Source: Botryllus schlosseri (taxonomy: Eukaryota). From it: a stretch of DNA of 60,000 bases. The translations under genes were made by a program, and so were the position numbers. Numbering within the stretch: the stretch's first letter is position 1; each line of letters begins with the position of its first letter. Of the stretch, positions 12,501-27,500 are shown piece after piece. The stretch is taken from positions 37,698,001 to 37,758,000 of the forward strand of contig CM119372.1 in assembly GCA_051294905.1 (NCBI GenBank), in the 5' to 3' direction. The notes beneath the pieces are model-generated. The model ran no database searches and was not told where the DNA came from. It saw only the letters and a list, made by a program, of their open reading frames with translations.

Positions 12501-15500
12501 TGAGAGTGTCATAAGCGTTCCTATGATCCAGTATACTATGATAGAAAGACAGACGCACAGATTTATTCGTTATAATCATATTGTTATACTAAACAATCAA
12601 ACTGAAACGTAACATATAGCAAATAATATGATCATATAGTAGTGGACAAAGCTTGCCGAGAGAACTAGTAAGTAATCAATTCAGGGAAAGTTATATAGCC
12701 TACTCACGAAGGAATAGATCTCAGATCCTCGAACTCCACCAATTATCATATCCGCTCCTTTCATCGTTCCGTCCAGTGAAAACCCAACTCCTACCCAGCC
12801 AAGAGTTGGCGCGGCAATCTGCAAAAAATAAACTTGAATGTATCCGGTGTACACACACTTGTACCGGTCCGTGAATACCAATATATTTTAAATTCATAGC
12901 GTTGAAAGACAGTGGTTTGAACCTGGATTCATTCAGTCATCAGATTCGTGGTGACCTGACCGCCTCGGTCATCATTAGTTTGATTGACTTTACCGAATCA
13001 CATTCAACCGACCATGGGTATGTATTTCTATCGTAAACTTGCCTCCATTATAATGAAATCATCGTCAACTCTCCACCGAAATAGCACTGTCTTGCCAATG
13101 TCGAGGAACACAGAATTCGGCTGCTGGGTGTCAGTTAGTTCCGTGGTAGCAACAGAACCTGGGTTTGCCGATTGACTTGACCCAGTTGGGTCAGATATAG
13201 AGAGGATCAGCAGTGGGGTAACTGGCGTTGATGATGTGGATGTGGTCTGCGTTTGAGAGCTTGAGAACTGGGTGGCGGAGACTGTTGCTGACGTTGGTAC
13301 CATGACTGTCTTTGATACCGTTGATGGCATGGTGGCTGGAAGTGTTGTTGTGGGTGTCGTGGTTACTACAGCCAGTGGCTTGCTTAAGAGATTTCGGCGT
13401 GGGGCGTCAATAACTGTATTCTGACTTTCCGTTTGTCTATTTGCGCTGGTTACAGGGAAGTTTTTCAGAGAGTCCGTTGTTTCGAGATCTTGGATTGATG
13501 TAGTTATTATATCAGCAGCAGTGGTCGTATCTAAATAGATATTGTAGTCACAAAACTTCATCAAAAGACTATCAACATAATTATCGATTTCCCTTTATAA
13601 TTATGAATTATATATACAGGCTTTGTTCGAGCACAATATCATAGTCTAAGGTGAAATTGTGAAAGGAAGTTGATGTACTACCAATATCGCGGTGACTCTC
13701 GTCGGTACTTGTGAATCCTTCCGGTAAGAATCTCACTTCCGCTGGGTCTAGGACAAAAGACGAAAGTTATTGCATGAAATGCGTCACACATCCGAGTAAT
13801 AGTTATTACGTAAATCGCTGAATTTTATTTGTGAAGCGTCCAGTCCGTCCGGCATGGCGGTCTTGCTCATAAGCCATAAGATAGAAGTCTTCCCGGGCTG
13901 TAAAAATAGTTTGTATGTTTTTTGCAGAAAATATTACGAATCCGGTTCATTACTTCTTCGCGTGAAAAACTATACAGGCCTAAAACAAAGATATTTCTCC
14001 GATCATATTAACGTGATATAATCGCAATGATGGCGTAACTCTAATACATAGTGATTGAGATTAGACGCGTCCGTCAAAAGGAATGTTGTTTTTGTTTGTG
14101 GTATTCATGGTGTTTGTCGACGACTATGGTCATTTACACCTGGTCGATTTCCTTATTTTTGATTCCGTATCCGCCGACTTGTAGCACTGCCCACTTCTAT
14201 AGGCTTCTTGTAAGACACCGCTTACGCGGATGAGATGGCGAGGAGGAGCATAGATACACCTCTAACACTTAGGTAGGAATTCTGGAGTCGGCCTCGCTCG
14301 GACGCGAACGCAAAACCCATTGGTGTGACAGCTGTGGATTATACCACTACGCTATCTGGCCAAGTCATTAAACGGAATGGTTCATTATTTGAATGTAGGT
14401 AATTATTTACTAATTCGTGACATACGGGCTTTGCGCAATGCAATGTGCATAGATTTCTAATCCGGAGTATTGTTGCACAGTGCACACATAAACGTGGCAC
14501 ACCACATTTGGTGAATTCAAAGTAGTAGATGTGAAGCTACAAGAATTTGAAAAAATTGAATATTAAAAAAAAGATAATTTTCATTCTTCAAACTTTACTC
14601 TCTGCTCCAAGAAATTGTTGAGTTTTAACAGATACAAGGCAAAATCGACGCCATTAAGACCTGTAGAAGCGAAGGTAATTGAGTTTCTCAATAATAATTC
14701 TGGGATTACCACCATCAATGCTATGTTTTCAAATCCAAAATTTTCAACTGTAATAACTTTGATGTTTGAATTAGGCAAGAATTGTCGTGCATCGTTATTT
14801 TATACAACTTAGCAATTTCATCAGATATTTTATTAAATTCCAAATTTTCAAATTGAGTCGAAATTTAGCCAAATTCGGTCTGCAGCGTTTTTCAGACAAC
14901 ATCACATTTTATCAAAAGCTGCAAAAATTTGAAAAAAGCTTTCAACAACTCTAATGTACAGTGTACAATGCAGTCATGCAGTTCTTATGACGTTTCCACT
15001 CATGAAAGTGATGAAAACTTATCCGGAAATTACTTCTCACTTTTCGAAATCCAAAGTATCAAATTTAGCTTTTTATCTCAAAAATTGACGAAGTAGAAAT
15101 GGAGTTAATCTAAAAACAAAATCGCTCAAACAGGTAGTGCAGGTGAGCGAAACCTACTTGATTGCTCCGAAATGTAGTTGAGGTATATACTTCATTAAAG
15201 ACCAACTCTGCCTGTAGTCGAGATTTTTCAAAGTTGCTTGGAAATTGCTACTTGAAATTAACCCGGATGTGTGACGAGGGGTGTTCACGGTTACGCCATT
15301 AGGAATAAATGCTCGGGATATGGAGACAGTTGCAGTAGGCCATTGTTATCGTGTTGGAACTTTGAGCTTTGTCTATCGATTGGACTTCGAGACTTAAATA
15401 GATCCATTGGCTGCAAGAGAAATGAGGGGTCCGTTTCAATACTATAAGTTGACGTCAACTCACTTTAATTGATACATCATTGGTGTCGGAAGCGGTAATC

Positions 15501-18500
15501 GGTTTGCTAATAGCTACGTTCAGATAGGTATCATTCTCTTGCCTCGCAAAGACAAAGAGCGAATCTTGTGATTTATCGATTAGAAATCTTCCTTCGCTGA
15601 AGTGGGCATCCTGTCAAAAGGAAGGAATCATTGCTCATTCCGAGAACATTAGGATAAGTTGCTATCACCGAGGTTAACTATCACGTTTCATGCATAATAA
15701 TTGTATGGTCGGAATAAAATGTACTAATATACCTTTCACCATTGTGTAGGGTGAAAATCAGGTCATTGGAACTTCCTGATAGAAATACTTCTCCCAAATT
15801 ACGCGAAAACGAGTAATAAAACACTGCGGAGATGTATCTCTCGTATCTCTTTACGGAGATGTACGCCAGGGGTGTAGTAGGTTATGTTTAAAGTGTGTCA
15901 CTTTTTGCACCTATAGTATACTTGGCATGATACACGAAAGATGCAGTCACTCATCCCCTTGGATATATATATCCATGTTAATTGGTGTATAGTTGATCCT
16001 TTTACGCCCATTGATTCACGTTGACGGTAACGGTAATATAACATTCGTAATGTATTTTGCTGGCTGAGTCGATGCTGCCTGTTGACTCACTATACTGTCA
16101 AAGTTAAAGGTAGCAATACGTTTCATGGGGCATAGAACAATTATTATAAATAAAAGGTTTCGGTCATGCCACCAGGCATACTATGCTGCATTCTGATCCG
16201 ACAGATGTTCTCGTGCAGTTTCTACCGCTTTTGTTTTTCAGATCAAGTCAGCGCGCATGTTCAGAAATACTTCATAACGACTTTGATCGAGTTCAGTCGA
16301 TAATGACATGGCCATTCGTCACGCTGTTATAACTATCTCAAATAATCTCATTAAGAAATCAACTTCAAGTGGACAATGTATTTGCAGATAAGTACACGTT
16401 CCATGTTGACTTAGGAATAGAGTTCGCAGTATAATGCACTTTTCTACATCGGATAAATATATATTCTTCACATCGATGGAGCCCACTAGATTTACATACA
16501 GCGGATCCAGTATCACCGATGTCTGTAGTTCTATACTTACGTATGCGTATCCATTACCCACGATCACTACATCTGCCCCGTCGAGCTGACCGTCACGCAA
16601 GAAGAAAATTCCGAACCATCCGCTTGTGGGTCCAAGAAACTAGACAAGAAATGGAACAGGATTCAATATTATATAAAAGAATATATAGTTCCTTGTCTAT
16701 ATCCGAGGCTCCCAATTTTTTTTCACACCGCGCCCCTCTGAAAAGTTTGAAAAGTCTATGCCCCCCCCCGTATTTTATCAACTTTCAGTGCTCCTGGTTT
16801 CATTGACTCATCAGTCTGAATTGATGAGGTTGAAACTTGCTCAATGTTTTGACAGGTACATATGCAAAGCGAACCTTAAGGTTTCTTTTATCATACTTAC
16901 TGCTTTAAAAATTCCTAGAAGTGGGCCGTGCTACAAGTCGGCAGATACGAATCAACATAAAGAATATCGACCTGGTGTAAATGACCATTGTATAGTCGAA
17001 AAAACCATGAATACCACAGACAACAACCACCAGTATCATGTGAAGAAAACATGTCTATCTGTGCCTATTGTCATTAGCATTAGTCGTTTTGTATTTGTCG
17101 TGATACGTATATGTCAATTTCGAAATTAGTCACCTCCGATGGAATACTCACCGTATGCGTCGAGTTGACCATGTCTCCATTTTAAAACTACTTATTTGGC
17201 TAATGTTACGACATCTCTCGTTCTACTTCTAGTTTAGGGATCTTCGCAGATGTTACCATGTTTAATCCATGCATGGAAACTAGATGCATACACCGGATTT
17301 CCACCATATAGCCTGGGTCGTAAATAAGGTAATCGTCACTTACAGGCACCAAATGATGCTTTCAAATGATCCAAATACCCCAATTCTCACCGAGATATAT
17401 CCCAGGGAAGCACTGAATTCTGTTTACATGCGCCACTTTTTAAGGTTATCTTGGGATGTAGGCCTACAATAAACAGAACCCCGTACGCCACTCGGATATC
17501 TTCATAACAGATAGGCGTATTTACCTCATTCTTACCCGTTGAAAGGGGGTGAAAACAGAATTTGGTTCAGCCTACATGATTTACATCCTACGCTAGGGTA
17601 AGAATCGGCAAAACACACAGTATCCGTCTACAGTAGGCGACGATTTCATCCGGCCCTCGAAGCAATTCTGATTAGATTGGAAAATTGTCTACCAAATGTG
17701 TACCGAACATGCGTACCAAACATGCGTACCAAATGTTGAATTTATTGCAGGAAATACGTTCAGTAAATATTCCCTCAAGACAGAAAATGTCGAGCATATT
17801 CACAGGCCACATTATAACCACCCGACTACGGCGCTGTGGTTTTACTCTCTCTAATTCGAGAATGCAAAATTGCACACTGAGTTTTATGGAAAAATGGACC
17901 AAAGTAGTTATTCACAGAAGCAAAAACGCCAATGCGGAACGGTTATATGCAATTTACCTGTAAAATATATTAGCTACACAAATGTATCATTCAAGTATCA
18001 ATGATAGCACTGCTATGCCACTTCCTACCCAATAGTAGGGTTACCATACTTCCTCTTTCTTGAAAATTGTCGTTAAATGCCTGTTAAAATTCGACTGAGA
18101 TAAAGGAAATTAGAACTGAAGCATCATTCCGGCGGGTATTTCAGGAGTTGAACCGTAGAGTTGACCTCTTTTTTTGTCAACCAACTACAAACTATTATTT
18201 AATTTACCATTTTTACGGATTTTACCCCGGTATTGTAAGTCTGAAAATTTTGAAAAAGTATCCCCTTTTCATATTCCCAAAATATGGTAACCCTACCTAA
18301 TAGTTCCCCGGACTTAAGAAAAATCCGACTTTTCATATAATGATAATAACTAGTGCGATTTTTTTTGACATGTCAAAAAAAGTCAAAATTAGGTCAAAAT
18401 TTTAGCGTTACGTCCAAAAATGTCAAAATTGTTTACAAAGTTAAAACTTTTTTTGCAACATGCATTTCGTTTGTATCGTAGATTTTGCACTGTAAGGGAA

Positions 18501-21500
18501 CTTATCATTTGACATTTTATAGCATGTAGCCTATTTTATAGGACTACCGTTGTAGACGGCCCATTGTCTGCTCATTGTGAAGCATAAACATTCAAATGAA
18601 ACAAATAGGTTGACATGGTGTTATGTTCCACGCACCGCAATATACCAACTGAAGCAAGACTGCGAGAGCATTGCATATGGTTCTTATATCAAAAACGCAT
18701 GATGAAAAATTGTAATGTAGACACCATTGCCAGAATAAAGCAACACGGTTTGTCACCAGCAGTGTACGCACAACTTCATTGTTGTCAGCCCAACAGCTGC
18801 TGCTGTTGAACGTTCTTTTTTCATTTTTGGCAAGCTACTTGATAAGGTCAGACACTTTCTACCCAACCACGTAGGAAAGTACCCATCGTTGTACTACAAA
18901 TTTTTTATTAATATTTTTATCTTTACCATAATGCGTAATGTAACTACTAAAATTTCTAAAATAGGGCCAGATTTCGTTAAAATAAAGTTTTTTCACGTAA
19001 GTACGTGTCGGTTTTTGAGGCGCAAAAGTTTTTTTCAGGCCAAACTACTTCGTAAGGACAAACAGTTCCAACCAGAAAGGAAGATAAGTGGCAAAATTCT
19101 AACATTATGTGGGAAAACATCTAATTTGCATACGTTGGGTCACATTAGGTCAAAATTAAGATTTTTAAGGTAAAAAATGTCAAAATTGTGATTTTTTAAG
19201 TCTTAATCTTCCGTTTTTAAGGTCAAAATAAAATCGCCCTAATATAACCCAAATTCCAACGTCTTGTTCACAGTTAAATATCTTGTATTCCATACCGCAT
19301 ATACGTTGGGCTAACGCCGAATTGCGACTACAGCAAAGGGAGCATATAAATATGTCTACTTATATCGTCGTTAGCGCCACTGTTTCATCGTTTCTTATTT
19401 TTATTCAACCGGTCAATCATCGTATTTGGCCCATTCCATTGTTAGCAAATGAAGGTGTTGCGACTTGCTAGAATAAAACCCATATTAGCCGTGTAATATT
19501 ATCTACATATACTTGATAATAAAGTATTCAAGTGAAAAGCAAGGACACGAGGTTACACTTTGGAAACATTTCACTGGTAGCCTGCGGCCCGTGGGAGATT
19601 TGAAGGTTTGAATCGGGCCCGCGACGCAATTTGAGTTTGACACCCCTTGTTTAAAGTTTAGTTCTAATTGTGGTTGAGTAAAGATTCATGGAGTGTCTTA
19701 GAATTCCACTTGAGTACTATCACTGGCGACGTATACCACCCATGGCTGATTGTGACATACATTAATGCAAACTGCGCATCTCTCTCTCTCTCTCATTATT
19801 CAATGTGGAGCAGAAGAGAAATACTGTTGAACAGTAGAGATAGACGTACCTCAATAACTATGGTACCTCGCAAAACAGCCCACTTCAATTGAACCGTCCG
19901 TGCGTCATCCAGAAACATGTTATCCAGGCCATCTTGGCTACTGTCGTCGTCATTGTCCCCATATTCGTAATCTTCATATTGGCCTCCGTATTCGATTCCA
20001 GTAGGAAACGTTGTTTCCTCGACGCTTATTCGAAGGGTGGTCGCTGCAATTAAGGCAATTGTTATAAACATTATATTTAGAGTTAGAGAGTACCGTGGTA
20101 GCATGCACCAAACGTTGCATCACTAACTGATTGCGAGTTGGTGTCTAACCAAGGCGAGCAGCATAATAGCTACGCAAGGTTTGGTTAGGTTGTTTCTCTA
20201 TACTCAGGAAGCGGAAATTAATAACGGGGTAAAATAAGGTATACGGTGGATACAGGCGAATTGAACACTGTAGAGCAGGGATGTCGACCGGCGGAAGGAA
20301 CTTGGGCGGCCATGAACACATAATTCAATTGATACGTCTTGGCGTCCGTCAACATAAAAATTTAATTTATGAACTAACTCCCGATTTTTTGAGAGTTTAA
20401 ATAATCTCAATATACAATTGAATAGTATTTTCATATTGAAATGAACCCGAATATTTTCGGCTGACACTCGTCAGGGGTAATCGTCAGCAACTAGTAGAGA
20501 ATTCGAAAGAACAGCGTATATCAACAATCGTATCACAAAATATGACGTCACCAGCACGAATACGAGAGCGTTCAATGTACTATTTTTAGATGATACACGA
20601 ACTCTTTTTGTTGACACAGCCTTGGCTGGAGTATTTTGATAAAAGTCGACTCCAAGGCACACAATGAAAGTGTGAGCGACCCTTAACTCATCCGCTCAAG
20701 ATTGATGCGGAACAATCAAAGGCCATAAATTCTGCAATTGGCAAACACTTGTTCGATAATCCCGCCTGTGCGAAAAATTATCGAGACGACAGATTTCGCA
20801 TACTCGGAAAGGGTCGCTCACACTTTCATTTGTGTGCCTTGGAGTCGACTTTTATCAAAATACACCAGCCAAGGCTGTGTCAACAAAAAGAGTTCGTGTA
20901 TCATCTAAAAATAGTACATTGAACGCTCTCGTATTCGTGCCGGTGACGTCATATTTTGTGTTACGATTGTTGATATACGCTGTTCTTTCGAATTCTGTAC
21001 TAGTTGCTGACGATTACCCCTGACGAGTGTCAGCCGAAAATATTCGGGTTCATTTCAATATGAATATACTATTCAATTGTATATTGAAGTTCTGTACCTC
21101 AAAGAAGCTGTTCAAATAATCTCAAGTGAAGTTTTCTTCGCGGCACGCGCGATTCAATGCGGCCATATTTTCGATTTTATTACATAGTCGTAGGGCCCTT
21201 GCAATCTGAGCCCCTCAATACCGATGCAAACAGTGGATTAAAATGATGCACCCCATGGAGAAATACCAACTTGAAATCATGTGCTTCTTACGAAAGAAAT
21301 TTTTTTCTGGTACGTTTGAGAGATTCCAATATATTTCCTCGATACCGACAATCCTGATCGGAGGTTAACAAATAACAGCATGCAACAACGTGACAATAAT
21401 AACAATGGGTCCCCCCGAACATGCATCATCGTTTGAATCTTGCCCCAAAGTTTCGAAAACACACCCTCCATCAATCATGAATTCTACCGATTAATCTGAT

Positions 21501-24500
21501 CATATGGGCTGAGAAAGGATAACTATTTGATAGTAATATGTGAAACTATGAATATTAATCAAGAAATTCATTCGTGAAAATTCATGTAAATATTTTCGTG
21601 ATTCGCGCGACCATCATAGCCGTTCCCAGTGACTGTTCATAGCATTACCACTATAAATCGATTTCGCTGAGTATAGCAAGGTACTATGTCCAGGAATGTG
21701 GTCGTATGCTGCATAGGTAATCGAAATACGATTGTGAATAGCATAAAGGTTGGCCACCCATGTTGTTGATAATTGGGTCATAATCACATTGCTTTGAAGG
21801 CTTTGTGTGGGAAAGACTATCCGACATCTCCTATGTCGTCAACTTATTGGATCATGAATTCCGGAGAACGGATGATACGTAGTGATCTTATAGCTCAAAA
21901 TACATCATCCTTCGATCCGCATTCATCACACAATCAACTGCGTACCTTCTGTGTTTACGTTACTTTCTCCTTCCTCTTGGGGTATAAAAGTAACCACAGT
22001 TGAACCTGAATATTGAAGTAATTAACGGCATGGATTAATTCTCAGTTCATATTGTTAAACTATTGATGATTAGTACATCTACCTGGAGCGAGTACCTAAT
22101 TACGGGACTAGTACTATTTCCGAATGCAGATAGTTCGATAAGTTTACTTGAAACGAGACAAAAGCAGTAACTTACTGCCACTCGATATATGTTAAAGATA
22201 GGTAGAAGTCTATTTGTAATAGGCATGCTAAGAAATATCGTCGCTATCAATGTCAACGGCTCATGCACCGTCATGAAATAGACGATCGTTTGAGAACACG
22301 CACTTCATCATAGCCCTCGCACCATCCCTATATGGTTACCATCTCCTATAAACGTAGCGTTATTGGCATTCGCAACCATAGCACTCGTGATTGAATAAAT
22401 TATTTTTATTATAATAAAGCGACCTTCGTGGGTACAACACTTTGCTATATATTCCTTACGTAAAACCACCTCGAATCAAAAGTACCCAACATTGCTTACA
22501 ATCCCTCGTGTTTCAGACATACCTTCCCGTTTGGCTTCATAAAATGGAATGTCCTCCTCTTTTAGATCCCGCTCCCCATACGCCCAATGTACGTTCGTTT
22601 GACCATTCTAAACAGAATCCAAGGCCATTTTATTTATCGCAAGGCTGCAAAATTAATTTCTATCATACACAAGTAGACTAACAACAAGGGACGGTGTCAA
22701 CGTGTATTTGACATTGGTGTTCGATAGGAACCCTGGACGGCTCTAAACCAGTGCATCAAACATACGGACCGTCCTGCGATTTCTTTCGGCCGGCGAAGCA
22801 CCCGAATAGTCCTGTCATTGCAATCAGAAACTCACAGTGCCACTCGAATGCGCAAATGATGATGCCCCATGAAGAAATATCACGTTTGAATCGAGCGTGC
22901 CCCCAAAAAAGTTTTGTTTTGCTTTTCGTTGACATTGGGCGGTTCCAATATCCTTCGACTATTGATTGCAGACGGAAATCCCAAAATAACACCACGCAGC
23001 AAAGTAGCTGAGCAACAACTTTTTATTAAATCGTGGTAGAAATTTCACTCAAAACACCACTGGCAGAAAATACTTACTAAAACAACTGCATCGGCAATAT
23101 TTTATGCAGACGGGTGAAGACGTGAAGAGGAATATGATTTGTGTTTGCATGGTGACGATCAAGGATCGTGTTCACAGAGAACTGTTATTAAAGTTCAAGG
23201 TGACACGAACAAGAGCGTTGCCTTATTAATCGACTCTATATGTCCAATGTGTCATCGTGGCTGATCATTGAGCAATCTAATAACTAGATTTGCACCAAGC
23301 CCATGTTCTAAAGAACGTAGCCGTAACCTGTACTACAGGGTGTTGGAGTGTGCATGATATTTGGGTGGTGATATGTGTGCTAAGGTCATAATTCAATATA
23401 TAGCTCCTTAAAAATACACGTGAATATTGTTGATTGATTCAGTCCTAACGTGATGAATGCACTAATCGTTCTCCTGCATGGGAGCTACGATTTTCTGATT
23501 CTTGCGGGAGTCGGTGGCATAGCTCTTGCTTACATCGAATTTATTGTTTTACACTTATTCTAAACATGTACACTTAGACCAGGGGCGGCTAACCCGTGAC
23601 CCGCATGGTAATTATCGAAATTAGATATATATAATTAAATATAACATAACTTGAGTTTGAGATAGAGACGTGTCTCTGAATACGGTCCTGAGTCTGACTA
23701 TATTCGCAATTATGAGATAACGTGTCGTCCAACATCCGACTTTGCATGTGCGCTCACAGAAAGATCGCCGGCAAATGAAACCGTTGCACAAAATGATGGA
23801 CGAATCTTCGTCGATATCTTCGATATTTAAATGTCCAAAAGCGGAGTGATCCTGTCGTTTCCAAATGAGCCAAGCGGTGTACAGAATTGACGCGCAATCT
23901 ATGCAAGTGACATTATTATTGACCGACTTCGTTTATTAACTTTGAAAAACTTTCGTGCTTTGAGCGGTTATGATATGAATACACCCTTCCTTTTCATAAC
24001 ATAGTTGCTATCGATTTTGATGCATTTTTGATTTCAACGTTACCTAATCTGGTTTTCTCCTATCGGAAGACTAAAAAATGTCACCAACATTCAAGTGGCC
24101 CGCGCAATTGTTAGTAACTCCCATCTTGCCCTTGGGCCGAAAAGGTTGGACGCCCTGACTTAGCCTTAGTTGATATCATAACATCCCGGTGACAATCACT
24201 ACCTCGAAATATTAATAAATGGTATTCTTTTTCGTTCAAATGCCGAAGATTCACATCTCTCATTACCTTGTGCACGAAATACAATTACAGCTGCAAGTTA
24301 CCTTTATAGAATTATCATTTGGATCCGTAGATTGAATAGGTTTTCGAAACGTAATTTGCGTATTATCACCGATTTGTTCGGCGTCCAAGAGAGTGACGTT
24401 TTGTTCGTCGTCGAGGGTAGGGATGCTGTAGTCATTCACATGCACGTCCTGCAATGACGCATGAAACATGAGGATCTGATTTATCGTCTCAATTACTTGA

Positions 24501-27500
24501 CAATTATTCACGTAAATATAGCCTTGGCCCTCCTCCGTTACTCCTGCGATTATGAAGTCGGCGTCGTCCATAGACGGTGTGTCCGAGAAACCAATGCCAA
24601 TCCAACCTTTTGTCGGCGCTGAAATCTGGAATACATTTATTGCTCAATCACGTTACACGTGCCAATTCATTTCCGAATCAGAGTAATTTTATTCTAAGTT
24701 ATTAATCCTTCCAAAATACCATAATAATTGTGAAATTATCAAACGAAAATAATAAGTGTTGAAACGACTTTCTCCGTCATCCCTCTCAATTAACCGCCTA
24801 AAGAGCAGGCGCGCGTGTGATAAGATTTCTACAACCAAACTCTATGTTTTCGGCGATGTAAGCAGGTATCCCAGATACCACTCACCTGAATTATAATAAA
24901 TGATCCGTTGATTTTCCATGACACACTAACCCTCCGTCTTTGATCGAGAAATAACACATCTGAGCTGTTATCTTGGTCATCTAAAATAGGATTGTCGATG
25001 TCGGTTTTAGGCAATCTTACAGGCGTAAGCCTACATGAATTTTAGGGCAGCGCGTAGACAGCAATTAAGCAGAGGACGTCTTTCAGGTCGTTAGCTCGAT
25101 ATAAGCATTGAACATCTTGGGGCTGCATTACTCACGGTCAAGGACAGCGGTAGACTCTTCGAGTTGTACCAATGCGGGAGTCGTGAAATCGTTCGAAACT
25201 GTTACAAAGATTGAGAACATATAGCATAAATTAATAATGTTTCGATGCTAATATCCTAATCAGATGAAATACCAACAATAGTGATGATCTACCTAGTAGC
25301 CTACCTACAAACAAAGAATCATATATGTATCACTCACAGTCAATATTTGCTGTTGTCGTATGGATAGCCACAGCCCTGGTAGTACCCGTCGATATTGTGG
25401 TCACATCACTTCGATCTGTAAACGACAAGACGCAACGTTTCGGCATTCGAAAATATTGGTTAGTTCGAGTAGATATTCGTTGTTTGGACCGGAAAGTTTG
25501 GTATCGTTCACATTTAGTTTATTTCCGGGTGTATCATACGCCCGCGTGCAGTATCGGAGAGGTCACAAGATAAATAAAAGCCAAATTTAGAAGAGGCTTC
25601 ACTTTTTTACTTTTAGGTAGCGGTTGCCATGGCGTATCAGTGATATGCATCATAGTTTAACAGGAGCTTTACGCTGGATGACTACCCACTGGCACGAGCT
25701 TATGAACGGTCAGGCATGGGATGTATCCGCCAGTGATTAAGAAGACATCTGTCGACGCAGTTAACACCCGTGCCTGACGACTCCAAGACCAGTTCTTTGG
25801 CCTTTAAGGGGAATGTCCGACGCATACAGCGTTGTATCAGCTTTTATTTGATATCGCCTACAATATTATTATTGAGAATTCATAGCATTCAACCTTGTCA
25901 TTCGTGTTCCGTCCGAGCTGTAACTTGAAGTTTATAAAATGAATTGAAGAACAATTTGTAGAGATAGTAATTATTTTTCCCAGATATCGCCAGGCAAGTG
26001 GAGAGGAAGACGTTCATGTCTCGAAATTACCAACCGTTACCGTTTCACTGCAGTTGGCACAGTATGACGGGATGTCGGAAATATGAAATGGCATAGAATA
26101 ATTTCATCGCACCAAGTGAAATATAGTTCATGCAGTCAAAAATATATAGCGCATCAACACGACTTATAACAGTATGACGGTATGATGGACTAAACCGCTC
26201 TGGACAGCATTACTCACAGTCAACGGCAGCGGTCGTCTCGTCGACTTGAACGAGTGGTGACGGAGTGGTGACATCATTTGAAACTGTTGGAAGAAAGAAA
26301 GCATACAGCATCAAGTAATATTGCTACAAGGCTCATATATTGGATATTGCAATTAAAAAGAATCAATATTTATCTGCCTACAACAAAGTATCCTGTTTGC
26401 GGGTAGGATCTAATCAGAGTTGGTCAGTAATTAAGTACTTCAACTTTGTCGGAGTATACTCAAGTATGCCTTCGTGCCCTTATTGATCATGTTTAGGCTA
26501 CTATAATCTGTAGTTAAATATATTTTGGCCATACGAGTTACTGTTTATAAAGTTTATAAATTTGATTTTTTTTTACGTATAAAGTAGTTTTATGTCCAGT
26601 TAGCCTCACTTTCGTGAAAAAAACGTTGTAATAATCGCGCGTAATAGTTCCTGTATTATCTTAGTTCTATATTTTCGAAAATTATACCTATTCGTAGTGA
26701 CATAAATCATTTTGCGCTTAGTCTCGAACATTATTGTTTCAATTTTTAAGGTACCTCATCCTAGTAACTGCTAAAAGAGGTAGACAGCGCTGATATTTGT
26801 CTCTCCTGCACCATCGATGTGCTTTCGTCAATGGAGATGCGAAACGACCGTAAGGTCACCTAGTCTGCACTCCCGTCTTCTTCTCCTCCATGCTACCTGT
26901 GGATGATGTGTGCCTAGCAGTATGGCCGTGGATACCTTTGTTCTAACCAGGCCTGGGATAGAACCCACGACCTACCGATCAACAAGCCGAACGCATCACC
27001 ATTGCACCATCTCGCGATCCCTCGACCAATATTGCTTCATGAATCTAATTAGTTGAGTAGGGGAGATGTGGTACCGATGGATCAAAAATCGGAAAATGAT
27101 CGCTGACCCTGAAATGTTCAGCCGAAAACAGCAGATCTTTTGCTGGCTCAGCACTTTGATACAAGCTCTACCTATCGCGCACATATACATGAATATCCGT
27201 CTTCTCAAAAAATATTATTGGACGTTCAAAATTTGTTGCTCGAACGTGTCATCGGTCCCCACCCGGTGGGTCCAATGACACACGACCCGGGGACCTATGT
27301 CACATATACCCTGAAAAACTCAAATGTGACTACTTTTCTTTCTCAGTATTATAATTTAAGAGAAGAATGTTTGGTCGCAACTGTCAAAAAATAGATTAAA
27401 TATTAACTCAAATGTTGTCATAAAATCACGTTTCGATTTAGGCTCGGACTTATAAATTTGAGGGTACATACATATTGCATGAAAATCGACAGTGTGACTT

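Larger units (their letters stand above)
20411..21113 (+). mobile_element. 5'-truncated Penelope-like retroelement: GIY-YIG endonuclease C-terminus plus pLTR, preceded by an inverted partial copy
   Basis: About 20731-20922 reads SAIGKHLFDNPACAKNYRDDRFRILGKGRSHFHLCALESTFIKIHQPRLCQQKEFVYHLKIVH*. About 20409-20683 is a near-perfect reverse complement of about 20810-21086. A 12-bp direct repeat aaataatctcaa flanks it (20399-20410, 21114-21125). Confidence 0.8.

Noticed and set aside
20471..21023. Two near-identical 63-aa ORFs on opposite strands
   Set aside because: By-product of the inverted Penelope-like duplication; the meaningful frame is the GIY-YIG fragment.
26950..27015. tRNA gene (also 58823-58895)
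   Set aside because: A/B boxes are present but I could not fold a convincing cloverleaf, and each continues into a SINE-like body.
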